Shown here: in pieces, positions 47,418 through 55,700 of the stretch
Layout: each line of letters opens with the position of its first letter
Position numbering within the stretch: the first letter of the stretch is position 1
From: Escherichia coli
GTDB lineage: Bacteria > Pseudomonadota > Gammaproteobacteria > Enterobacterales > Enterobacteriaceae
Assembly (NCBI RefSeq): GCF_029227855.1
Contig: NZ_CP074356.1
DNA: 64,000 nucleotides
Direction: 5' to 3' (one strand)
Notes under the pieces: model-generated
Told to the model about the DNA's origin: nothing
The model's input: only the letters and a program-made list of their open reading frames with translations
Databases searched by the model: none
Position numbers and translations under genes: made by a program

Positions 47418-49132
47418 AACGGCTAATAGTCAGTTCTTTCAGGCTTGGAGTGATTCGTGATATCGAATTTCACATTGGCGTTAATTTGATTATTGACCGA
47501 AACACCTCCAGCAAAGAGCAAACTGGAAATGGTGTGGGAAAAACTACTGTATTAAGAGCTTTAGATTTTTGTTTTGGAGCAGAACAACTGAATTTTTATA
47601 CCGATCCTGAATTCAAGAAAGAAAATTCGGTTATAAAAAATTATTTGATAGAGAACGAGATTGAGTTTTGTTTAATTCTCACAAAAGATTTGAATAATAA
47701 AACTGCACCAGTAATAAAAATTAAGCGTAAAATTACATCTGAGACTAATAAAACGAAGGTTATAGCCTCAATAAATGAAGAGTCCTATACGAAGGCTAAA
47801 GATTTCAACGAGGCTTTAAAAAGAACATTATATCTTGATTCCGCGATAAAACCGACCATACGAGAGATTATGGGACGTGTTATTCGAAATACGCATGACA
47901 AGATGTCGAACGCATTAAAAACGATAAAAATGGGTTCTAATACACAATATGAAACGTTAAATCTGTTTATGTTTGGGTTCGGTAACTCACAGATTCTGGA
48001 TGAAAAACAGTCAGTGACTAAAGCCTATAAACTGGCGAAATCCGATTATGAAGTAATTACTCGCCATCGCTCAAAGAATGCTTTGGAACAAGCTATTGCA
48101 ATTATAAATAGAGATATTATAGCACAAGAAGAGTTAATTTCTAATTTTCAAGTGGCAGACTCTTATAATGATATGCTTGCTGAGTTAAATGAGTTAAAAA
48201 TTAAAATTAGTGAAGTTTCTATCACACTATCATCTTTGGAGTTTAAGCAAAAATTAAACGATAAGGCTATACTAGATCTGGAAAAAAGTCATGAAAATAT
48301 AAATACACTAGATCTACAGAAGTTGTACTTAGAAGCAACTGATCGGTTAGGTAACTTAAACAAAGAGTTTACTGAGCTACTTTCGTTTCATAATAAAATG
48401 CTTGTAAAAAAAGCTGAGTTTATTAGAAAACAAATGCAGCCAGTGCTGCAAGAAATTTCCAAATATAAAGATGAACTAAATAATTTATTGACTCAAGAAT
48501 CAGAGCTTTTAAAGAGTTTGTCTTCGCATGGGACATTGGCAGACCTGCAAATAATGCAAAAAAAATTAAATTCATTATTTGAAGAAAAAGGTGGGCTTGA
48601 AGCTGGACTACTTCAAATCCAAGAGATGGAGAACAACTTTAATATACTGAAAGCAAAGTTTAATGATGTGTCAGATAGATTAAAATCTAAACTTGACGAT
48701 TTTAACAAACGTCTTGCGCTATTCAATTCCTATTTTTCTTTATATACTAAAAAATTATATCAGGATGAATATATTCTTTCCTATAAAGATTCCTCCGGTT
48801 CTTTCGTTTTTACCATTGAACCTTTAGGAACTTTGCTCACATCAGGTAATCAGGGAGAAGGAAAAAAGAAAGCCCAGGTTGCCTCTTTAGATTTTGCCTA
48901 TTTATCTGTCCAGGAGTCTTTAGAAGCCAGAACACCACGTTTTATAGCTCATGATGGAATTGAGGCAATTCATGTAAATCAAATAAATAAGTTATTCGAG
49001 ATAGCTTCGGGGATTAATGGTCAATATATATTGGCTATTCTTAAAGACAAGTTGGAGAATATTGATCAAGACTTCATCAATAATAGTGTTGTGCTTGAGC
49101 TTGGGGAGGACGATAAGTTTTTTAGGCTTTAA
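47408..49132 (+). CDS. SMC/Rad50/ABC-type coiled-coil ATPase (574 aa), fourth gene of the AT-rich cassette
   Basis: N-terminal P-loop TGNGVGKTTVLRALDFCFG (RecF/SMC-type Walker A); ~300-aa heptad-rich central region; C-terminal TSGNQGEG (signature-like) followed by RFIAHDGIEAIH (Walker-B/D-loop-like); GGAG SD. Confidence 0.8.
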   Translation: MFLKRLIVSSFRLGVIRDIEFHIGVNLIIDRNTSSKEQTGNGVGKTTVLRALDFCFGAEQLNFYTDPEFKKENSVIKNYLIENEIEFCLILTKDLNNKTAPVIKIKRKITSETNKTKVIASINEESYTKAKDFNEALKRTLYLDSAIKPTIREIMGRVIRNTHDKMSNALKTIKMGSNTQYETLNLFMFGFGNSQILDEKQSVTKAYKLAKSDYEVITRHRSKNALEQAIAIINRDIIAQEELISNFQVADSYNDMLAELNELKIKISEVSITLSSLEFKQKLNDKAILDLEKSHENINTLDLQKLYLEATDRLGNLNKEFTELLSFHNKMLVKKAEFIRKQMQPVLQEISKYKDELNNLLTQESELLKSLSSHGTLADLQIMQKKLNSLFEEKGGLEAGLLQIQEMENNFNILKAKFNDVSDRLKSKLDDFNKRLALFNSYFSLYTKKLYQDEYILSYKDSSGSFVFTIEPLGTLLTSGNQGEGKKKAQVASLDFAYLSVQESLEARTPRFIAHDGIEAIHVNQINKLFEIASGINGQYILAILKDKLENIDQDFINNSVVLELGEDDKFFRL

Positions 49133-49279
49133 GATTTGTAATTTGATAGATATGTAGATATCATTTTTCTCGCTCAAAACTGACAGTCAGATTTGAGCGA
49201 ATTGCTTATGTAAGTATTTCGCAGAATCATGCCATTTATATTTATTAGAACATACGTACTTTAAATGTGGGAGGCTGTC

Positions 49280-49366
49280 ATGTTGGTTCTTAAATGTTCG
49301 CTGACTATTGCGGTGGTGCGGGTAATTTATTGTTCTGTTATTCTTATGGATCGCCTTTCTGACTGA
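49280..49366 (+). CDS. possible 28-aa hydrophobic peptide
   Basis: ATG 49280 preceded by GGGAGG at spacing 6; MLVLKCSLTIAVVRVIYCSVILMDRLSD; could be coincidental. Confidence 0.25.
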   Translation: MLVLKCSLTIAVVRVIYCSVILMDRLSD

Positions 49367-49577
49367 TTTCATATTGGCGAGATAACGGGAGTTAAGTAGA
49401 ATGCCTGCGGGTGCTTGAGGCTATCTGCCTCGGGCATGAACACCAACGGCAGATAGAGAAAAGCCCCAGTTAACATTACGCGTCCTGCAAGACGCTTAAC
49501 ATTAATCTGAGGCCAATTTCATGCTAGACACATGTAGGTTAGCCTCTTACGTGCCGAAAGGCAAGGAGAAGCAGGCT

Positions 49578-49733
49578 ATGAAGCAGCAAAAGGCGATGTT
49601 AATCGCCCTGATCGTCATCTGTTTAACCGTCATAGTGACGGCACTGGTAACGAGGAAAGACCTCTGCGAGGTACGAATCCGAACCGGCCAGACGGAGGTC
49701 GCTGTCTTCACAGCTTACGAACCTGAGGAGTAA
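49578..49733 (+). CDS. hokD: Hok/Gef-family membrane toxin HokD (51 aa)
   Basis: ATG 49578 preceded by AAGGAGAAG; MKQQKAMLIALIVICLTVIVTALVTRKDLCEVRIRTGQTEVAVFTAYEPEE; ORF track shows an in-frame upstream extension from 49521. Confidence 0.86.
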   Translation: MKQQKAMLIALIVICLTVIVTALVTRKDLCEVRIRTGQTEVAVFTAYEPEE

Positions 49734-49740
49734 GAGACCC

Positions 49741-49830
49741 GGCGAGGGAGAAATCCCTCGCCACCTCTGATGTGACAGGCATCCTCAACGCACCCGCACT
49801 TAACCCGCTTCGGCGTGTTTTTGTTTTTAT
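49741..49830 (+). terminator. stem-loops and T-run downstream of hokD (putative 3' fold-back/terminator region)
   Basis: Hairpin ggcgaggga-gaaa-tccctcgcc at 49741-49762, then cgcttcggcg followed by tgtttttgtttttatttt. Confidence 0.4.
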
Positions 49831-49949
49831 TTTCAACGCGTTTGAAGTTCTGGACGGTGCCGGAATAGAATCAAAAATACTTAAGTAGCGCGCAGGGATA
49901 AGAGGGATGTTCCCTTAAAGGGGAGAGCTAATTATCCGGAAGGATTCTG

Positions 49950-50201
49950 ATGATGAACATCGAAGAACTGCGTAAAATTTTTTGTGAAGATGGCCTCTAT
50001 GCTGTGTGCGTTGAAAATGGAAATCTTGTTAGTCATTACCGCATTATGTGTTTGCGAAAGAATGGGGCTGCGTTAATTAATTTTGTGGATGGTCGAGTGA
50101 CAGACGGATTTATCTTGCGCGAAGGTGAGTTTGTCACTTCATTACAGGCACTGAAAGAGATCGGAATAAAAGCAGGCTTTTCAGCTTTTGCAGAAGAATA
50201 A
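49950..50201 (+). CDS. rem: Rem protein (83 aa), function unknown
   Basis: ORF track 83 aa MMNIEELRKIFCEDGLYAVCVENGNLVSHYRIMCLRK...; conserved Qin gene next to hokD. Confidence 0.8.
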   Translation: MMNIEELRKIFCEDGLYAVCVENGNLVSHYRIMCLRKNGAALINFVDGRVTDGFILREGEFVTSLQALKEIGIKAGFSAFAEE

Positions 50202-50267
50202 ACTCATCTACAATCTTGCGCGGGGCTGAACTCCCGCTGAGTAACACCGTGCCACCGGAGAAAACCG

Positions 50268-50546
50268 ATGGCACGCAACGTAAAATATTACAATTCTGAT
50301 AATTCGCCCGTTCTTGCCTGCACGCACGAGCGGTATTCTCACGCATTCAAGTCTGAATGGTTCCAGCACCCTCCATGCACTGAAGAGCAGGCTGAATGGA
50401 TAATTCAGTGTTACCGCAGGCGCGGATACGAGGTTAAGAAAGCCCTTAGTCTCGACTACCGTCACTGGATAATCTCAGTCAGATTGCCTTACTCCGAACG
50501 CCCACCGCGTCCGTCCCGTACATTCCAGCAACGCATCTGGAGGTAA
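50268..50546 (+). CDS. hypothetical prophage protein (92 aa)
   Basis: ATG 50268 with GGAG upstream; stop 1 nt before the ydfU start. Confidence 0.5.
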   Translation: MARNVKYYNSDNSPVLACTHERYSHAFKSEWFQHPPCTEEQAEWIIQCYRRRGYEVKKALSLDYRHWIISVRLPYSERPPRPSRTFQQRIWR

Positions 50547-50547
50547 C

Positions 50548-51597
50548 GTGCGGGTATTACTTCGACCTGTTCTGGTACCGGAACTCGGGCTGGTGGTCGT
50601 TAAGCCGGGCCGTGAATCCATGCCGGTATTCCACAATACCCGGGTACTGGTGGAGCCGGAACCGAAAAGCATGCGTAATCTGCCGTCCGGGGTCGTTCCT
50701 GCCGTTCGCCAGCCGCTGGTGGAAGACAAAACATTGCTGCCGTTTTTCAGTAACGCACGGGTGATTCGTGCTGCTGGTGGTGCTGGTGCATTGTCTGACT
50801 GGCTGTTGCGCCATATTAAATCCTGCCAGTGGCCACACGGCGATTATCATCACAGCGAAACCGTCATTCACCGTTATGGTACCGGCGCAATGGTGTTGTG
50901 CTGGCACTGCGACAACCAGCTGCGTGACCAGACATCCGAATCACTCGAGCAAGTTGCTCATCAAAACCTGTCAGCATGGATGATTGACGTCATCGGTCAC
51001 GCAATAAGCGGTACGCAGGAGCGTGAATTATCTCTGGCTGAATTATCCTGGTGGGCGGTCCGCAATCAGGTGGCGGACGCGCTACCGGAAGCGGTATTAC
51101 GTCGTTCGCTGGGGTTGCGTGCGGAAAAAATCCGCTCAATGTACCGCGAAAGCGACATCGTACCGGGAGAGCAGACCGCCACCAGCATATTGAAACAGCG
51201 CACAAAAAATCTTGCACCGTTGCCTCACGCCCACCAGCAACAAAACCCATCACAGGAAAAGACGGTGGTAAGCATCACCGTTGATCCAGAGTCTCCGGAA
51301 TCTTTCATGAAGCTGCCTAAACGTCACCGTTGGGTTAAGGAGAAATACACACGCTGGGTTAAGACACAGCCGTGTGCTTGCTGCGGGATGCCAGCCGACG
51401 ATCCGCATCATCTGATTGGTCACGGGCAGGGCGGAATGGGAACCAAAGCACATGATCTCTTTGTGTTGCCTTTGTGCAGAAAGCATCACGACGAGTTGCA
51501 TACGGATACCGTGGCATTTGAAGAGAAGTATGGCTCCCAACTGGAGCTGATTTTTCGATTTATCGATCGCGCGCTGGCAATTGGTGTGCTGGCCTAA
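50548..51597 (+). CDS. ydfU: DUF968-family prophage protein YdfU (349 aa)
   Basis: ORF track 349 aa, GTG start after GGAGG; C-terminal Cys/His cluster CACCGMP...[10 protein letters not shown]...CRKHHDELH. Confidence 0.87.
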   Translation: MRVLLRPVLVPELGLVVVKPGRESMPVFHNTRVLVEPEPKSMRNLPSGVVPAVRQPLVEDKTLLPFFSNARVIRAAGGAGALSDWLLRHIKSCQWPHGDYHHSETVIHRYGTGAMVLCWHCDNQLRDQTSESLEQVAHQNLSAWMIDVIGHAISGTQERELSLAELSWWAVRNQVADALPEAVLRRSLGLRAEKIRSMYRESDIVPGEQTATSILKQRTKNLAPLPHAHQQQNPSQEKTVVSITVDPESPESFMKLPKRHRWVKEKYTRWVKTQPCACCGMPADDPHHLIGHGQGGMGTKAHDLFVLPLCRKHHDELHTDTVAFEEKYGSQLELIFRFIDRALAIGVLA

Positions 51598-51614
51598 TTT
51601 TGTGGAGTAAGTTG

Positions 51615-51992
51615 ATGCGTGATATTCAGATGGTTCTTGAGCGTTGGGGGGCATGGGCGGCTAATAATCATGAAGATGTGACCTGGTCGTCCATTGCCGC
51701 TGGTTTTAAGGGATTAATTCCTTCAAAAGTAAGATCTCGTCCGCAATGCTGTGACGATGACGCGATGATCATTTGTGAATGTATGGCTCGCCTGAGAAAA
51801 AACAACAGCGATTTACATGGTTTATTGGTGGACTATTATGTCGGCGGCATGACTTTTATGGCGCTTGCACGTAAGCATGGGCGATCTGATTGTTGGGTTG
51901 GCAGGATGCTCCAGAAAGCTGAGGGCGTAGTGGAGGGCATGCTGATGGTATTGGATCTCCGATTGGAGATGGATGCTGATTGTTCGAAATAA
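51615..51992 (+). CDS. late-gene antiterminator Q (QuuD-type), about 126 aa
   Basis: ORF 51600..51992 (TTG); ATG at 51615 after GGAG; [34 protein letters not shown]... recognised as the short Q family of DLP12 QuuD. Confidence 0.85.
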   Translation: MRDIQMVLERWGAWAANNHEDVTWSSIAAGFKGLIPSKVRSRPQCCDDDAMIICECMARLRKNNSDLHGLLVDYYVGGMTFMALARKHGRSDCWVGRMLQKAEGVVEGMLMVLDLRLEMDADCSK

Positions 51993-51999
51993 TTAAAGG

Positions 52000-52060
52000 A
52001 AAAGTTGCTGTCTGATTGTCATTAGTCTAACATTTTAAATGTTGGAATCGCAACGTAGTT
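52000..52060 (+). promoter_or_regulatory. putative late promoter / qut region (pR'-like), not precisely mapped
   Basis: AT-rich segment with TTGTCA and TAAATG/TATCAT candidate hexamers between the Q stop and a strong terminator. Confidence 0.3.
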
Positions 52061-52081
52061 ATTATCATATAACAGCTTGTT

Positions 52082-52109
52082 TCCTGATTTAGCCAGCCTC
52101 CCCAAAGGC
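52082..52109 (+). terminator. Rho-independent terminator (tR'-like) downstream of Q
   Basis: ccagcc-tccccaaa-ggctgg hairpin followed by TTTTTTT. Confidence 0.65.
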
Positions 52110-52147
52110 TGGTTTTTTTCTAATAAGTATCATTTCGGGTAGGGATT

Positions 52148-52672
52148 TTATTGTTTAACCCATAATAATTCATTGACATTGAATCCCAACTTTTGAGCGG
52201 TTCGCACATAGTCTGCTTTTACTTTATCTGGAATAGTTGGGGTCCTTGCCAGAATCCATAGGTATTCTCTGTTCGAACCACTAACAAGAGCATACTTATA
52301 CTCATCATCCAGTTTGATTACATTATAGCCACCATAGAAGGGGCCAAAAAACGAAACCTTCAACGCTGCAGTTTTAGTATCTCCAGTAAAGTATGCTTTA
52401 CCTTCGCTCTCGCTCCATTTATTTTTCGTTGGATCGTATCCACGGTTAAGTACACGAATCCCTCCGTCGTTCCGTTTTCCATAAGTAGCGCTGACCTGTT
52501 CCAGACCACGTTCGAACCGGTTCTCGAGGCGAGCTATTTCATACCATTTTCCGAGGTAGCGGTTGGCGTCAAAATTTGTAATCGGCTGCACACCTTTAGG
52601 TGGTGTCGGGGCCTTACATGCTATAAGAGTGAAAGAGAGTGCAATGCCAGTCAACACAGGCCATAACTTCAT
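52148..52672 (-). CDS. outer-membrane lipocalin Blc homologue (about 174 aa), prophage cargo
   Basis: ORF 52148..52678 (-); ATG at 52670-52672 with AGGA SD; lipobox LIAC; lipocalin motifs NFDANRYLGKWYEIARL, YNVIKLDDEYKYALVSG; AT-rich. Confidence 0.85.
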   Translation of the reverse strand: MKLWPVLTGIALSFTLIACKAPTPPKGVQPITNFDANRYLGKWYEIARLENRFERGLEQVSATYGKRNDGGIRVLNRGYDPTKNKWSESEGKAYFTGDTKTAALKVSFFGPFYGGYNVIKLDDEYKYALVSGSNREYLWILARTPTIPDKVKADYVRTAQKLGFNVNELLWVKQ

Positions 52673-52864
52673 AATCAATCCTGTACTTTTGATAGTTGAG
52701 AGTAAGTATGAAAGATAGATGATTACGACCGATCACTTAAAGAACTTTCATACTATATTAGGAATAGTCCATAACAGAAAAATTGTCAGTGATGACGTCA
52801 GAAAGGCAATTTATTCCGTGCACTACACAGTTTATGTGTTAATGAATTAGTCAAGGGGGAGGAT

Positions 52865-53824
52865 ATGATAAAAAAACCTGTGATTGGAATCAGCGGTTGT
52901 TTGGCCGGTTCTGCTGTTCGTTTTGATGGTGGTCACAAAAGAGCTGACTTTTTAATGGACAAATTAGTGGAATGGGTAACATTCAGACCAGTATGTCCGG
53001 AAATGGCTATAGGGCTGCCAGTTCCGCGTCCTGCTCTACGTCTTGTGCGCTCGAAGCAAGGAAATATACGGATGTGTTTCAGCCACGACCAGAATGAGGA
53101 TGTGACAGAGAGAATGACAGAGTTTAGTCGTTCTTATATGCACAAATTAAAGGATGTATCGGGGTTTGTGGTTTGTGCTAAATCTCCCAGCTGTGGCATG
53201 GAGCGCGTGCGTGTCTATGATGAAAATGGTAATCGAGGTCGTAAAGATGGAGTGGGACTATTTACGAGCACTTTGATGGAAAAGTTTTCCTGGCTACCGG
53301 TTGAAGAGGATGGGCGATTACATGATCCAGTGCTTCGTGAGAATTTTGTTGAAAGAGTTTTTGCTTTGCATGAGCTCAATCACCTTTACAAGGAGAAATT
53401 ATCAAGAAGAGAGTTATTAGCTTTTCATAGTCGTTATAAGCTTCAGTTGTTGGCGCATAGTCAGGCAGGCTATAAAGATATGGGACCATTTGTGGCTGCA
53501 ATACACGAGTGGGCGGACCTTGAATCATACTTTGAGGTGTATCGTGATAAGCTGATGGCGATTCTCAGAAAACCTGCATCACGTAAAAATCACACGAATG
53601 TGCTGATGCATATACAGGGGTATTTTAGTAATTACTTAAGTACACGCCAGCGTAAAGAGTTGACCGAGGTTATACTTAACTATCGCTTTGGCACATTGCC
53701 TCTTCTTGCGCCGTTGACTCTGCTGAAGCATTATCTGGGTGAGTATCCTAATGATTACTTGCTTACACAGAATTACTTCGATCCCTATCCGGAAGAACTG
53801 GCTCTAAGACTGATGGTGAATTAA
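52865..53824 (+). CDS. two-domain DUF523 (TudS-like Fe-S thio-nucleobase desulfidase) plus DUF1722 protein, RudS-like (319 aa)
   Basis: ORF track 319 aa; GGGGGAGG SD; N-terminal GISGCLAGSAVRFDGGHK with further Cys at FRPVCPEM and VVCAKSPSCGM (three-Cys Fe-S pattern); C-terminal half YbgA-like. Confidence 0.75.
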   Translation: MIKKPVIGISGCLAGSAVRFDGGHKRADFLMDKLVEWVTFRPVCPEMAIGLPVPRPALRLVRSKQGNIRMCFSHDQNEDVTERMTEFSRSYMHKLKDVSGFVVCAKSPSCGMERVRVYDENGNRGRKDGVGLFTSTLMEKFSWLPVEEDGRLHDPVLRENFVERVFALHELNHLYKEKLSRRELLAFHSRYKLQLLAHSQAGYKDMGPFVAAIHEWADLESYFEVYRDKLMAILRKPASRKNHTNVLMHIQGYFSNYLSTRQRKELTEVILNYRFGTLPLLAPLTLLKHYLGEYPNDYLLTQNYFDPYPEELALRLMVN

Positions 53825-54230
53825 CTGTATGCGATATCATCTGAAAGTGATGAGTTCCTGTATGCAGGATATTTACAATCGTAAAAACTACACTATGATA
53901 CCCATAGTGTCAGTTTGTATAAAAATCCTGTTCACGCTGAAGAAAACATTGAGATGCAATTTAATGTTGGTAAACATACCAGCCCCAAAAGATTTTATTC
54001 AATCTGTTTTTATATGAAGATATTTCAAGTGAATATTAAGAGTATATAATATTATTATTGCACGCAGCTATTATAATATAACAGATTAGTTTAATGATTT
54101 GTTTTTTGTGAGTTAAACACATGGTTTTATAGTTGTGATGCAATGAGATTTTCCTTATTGTTGAACTGGCGAATATTGATTTTCCACCTATACTTACCTG
54201 GTGTAACCCCAGTGATATCAGGTGGATAAT

Positions 54231-54944
54231 ATGCCATACATATGTTCTGTCATTTTGGTGTTGAACTCGTTTGGTGTCCGAATTGGTAAAGAAGATATTT
54301 TGTTTAAAAAAGGAAGTGCTGTCCTCATCGAATACAATTTAAAAGATCTTTTTTCGTCAAATACAGATCATCTAATGATCGTAGATGTTGAGGAGAAAAC
54401 AGTTAATGATTTCTTTAAAAACTACACACTCTCACCTTTTTCTGTAAGAAGGTTTTATCCGGCATACTTGATAGTAGAATGTGAAGGTTTTTCTTTGTTA
54501 AAGAACTTGGTTGCATGCTTGAATTGTGATAGCAAAACCGTGGATGTGGTTAGAAATCAAATATCACTTGCATGTCTTGCTGTCTTATCTTCAGAGAAAA
54601 TAGTGCAAAGTTTTTTGTTCGGAAGTCTTAATAGCTTAGGTTGTAAAGTTAAGGCTATTATTCACTCGGATATCTCAGCGTCATGGAGACTTTGTGATAT
54701 ATCTTCAAGATTATATATGAGCGAGAGTTTGTTAAAAAGAAAATTAAAAGACGAAGGGGTATCGTTTAGTAGATTAATTCTTGAAGAACGAATGATGATG
54801 GCGCAAAGATTATTAATTTACAGTAACCATACTGTCGGCAAGGTGGCGGGAATATGCGGGTATGACAATGCATCATATTTTGTAAGTGTTTTTAGAAGAT
54901 ATTTTGGTGTGCCTCCGCACCAATATTTATCAAGATTTTCTTAG
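54231..54944 (+). CDS. AraC/XylS-family transcriptional regulator (about 237 aa), prophage cargo
   Basis: ORF 54222..54944 (GTG); ATG at 54231; C-terminal HTH ...HTVGKVAGICGYDNASYFVSVFRRYFGVPPHQY; AT-rich with long AT-rich upstream region. Confidence 0.85.
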   Translation: MPYICSVILVLNSFGVRIGKEDILFKKGSAVLIEYNLKDLFSSNTDHLMIVDVEEKTVNDFFKNYTLSPFSVRRFYPAYLIVECEGFSLLKNLVACLNCDSKTVDVVRNQISLACLAVLSSEKIVQSFLFGSLNSLGCKVKAIIHSDISASWRLCDISSRLYMSESLLKRKLKDEGVSFSRLILEERMMMAQRLLIYSNHTVGKVAGICGYDNASYFVSVFRRYFGVPPHQYLSRFS

Positions 54945-55135
54945 AAGATATGATGTGATGGCATTTTATAAAGTTGTTTTTTTGAAGTGTAAGATTATAC
55001 GATATTTTTAGCTACGCCAGAATAATTGCTGGCGTTTTTCTTTTTGAATAGATGTTCGGGCCTTACGCTAATGTAATTTTTTTCCTTCTTCGAACCAAAC
55101 CGTGTACACCATCCGTTATCTGCGGAGGTGAGGCT

Positions 55136-55351
55136 ATGAAATCCATGGATAAGTTAACAACGGGCATCGCCTACGGCACCTCTGCAGGCAGTGCTGGCTA
55201 CTGGTTTTTACAGTTGCTCGATAAAGTCACGCCCTCACAGTGGGCGGCAATAGGTGTATTGGGTAGTCTGGTATTTGGCATGCTGACGTATCTGACTAAC
55301 CTTTATTTCAAGATTAAAGAAGACAGGCGTAAGGCTGAGAGAGGAGAGTAA
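55136..55351 (+). CDS. essQ: phage holin (71 aa)
   Basis: ORF 55052..55351; ATG 55136 after GGAGGTGAGG; [30 protein letters not shown]...[13 protein letters not shown]. Confidence 0.88.
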   Translation: MKSMDKLTTGIAYGTSAGSAGYWFLQLLDKVTPSQWAAIGVLGSLVFGMLTYLTNLYFKIKEDRRKAERGE

Positions 55352-55355
55352 TCCA

Positions 55356-55700
55356 ATGACTCAAGTATACGAACTGGTTGTGAAAGGAGTCCGTAATTTT
55401 GAGAATAAAGTTGCGGTAACTTTAGCCTTACAGGACAAAGAACGCTTTGACGGTGAGATTTTTGACCTTGATATCACTATGGATCGTGTTGAAGGTGCTG
55501 CACTGGAGTTTTATGAGGCAGCAGCCAGAAGGAGAATCAGACAGGTGTTCTTGGATGTTGCTGCCGGGTTATGTGAAGGGGATGAGCAGTCGCCGGAAAA
55601 GCGCCCCATAATTTTAGAGGCGCAGAATGTGTGGATAACCTACAAAGGAAAGCTACCAGGAAGAATTACTGGTTATCTGAAGACTCCGCCGGAATGTTAA
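55356..55700 (+). CDS. hypothetical protein between holin and endolysin (114 aa)
   Basis: ATG 55356 after GAGGAGAG, 5 nt after the holin stop. Confidence 0.5.
   Translation: MTQVYELVVKGVRNFENKVAVTLALQDKERFDGEIFDLDITMDRVEGAALEFYEAAARRRIRQVFLDVAAGLCEGDEQSPEKRPIILEAQNVWITYKGKLPGRITGYLKTPPEC

Noticed and set aside
49521-49577. In-frame 19-codon N-terminal extension of hokD (possible mok-like frame)
   Set aside because: Hok proteins start at the MKQQ methionine, which has its own strong SD; I cannot confirm that the extension is translated or that a sok antisense RNA exists here.
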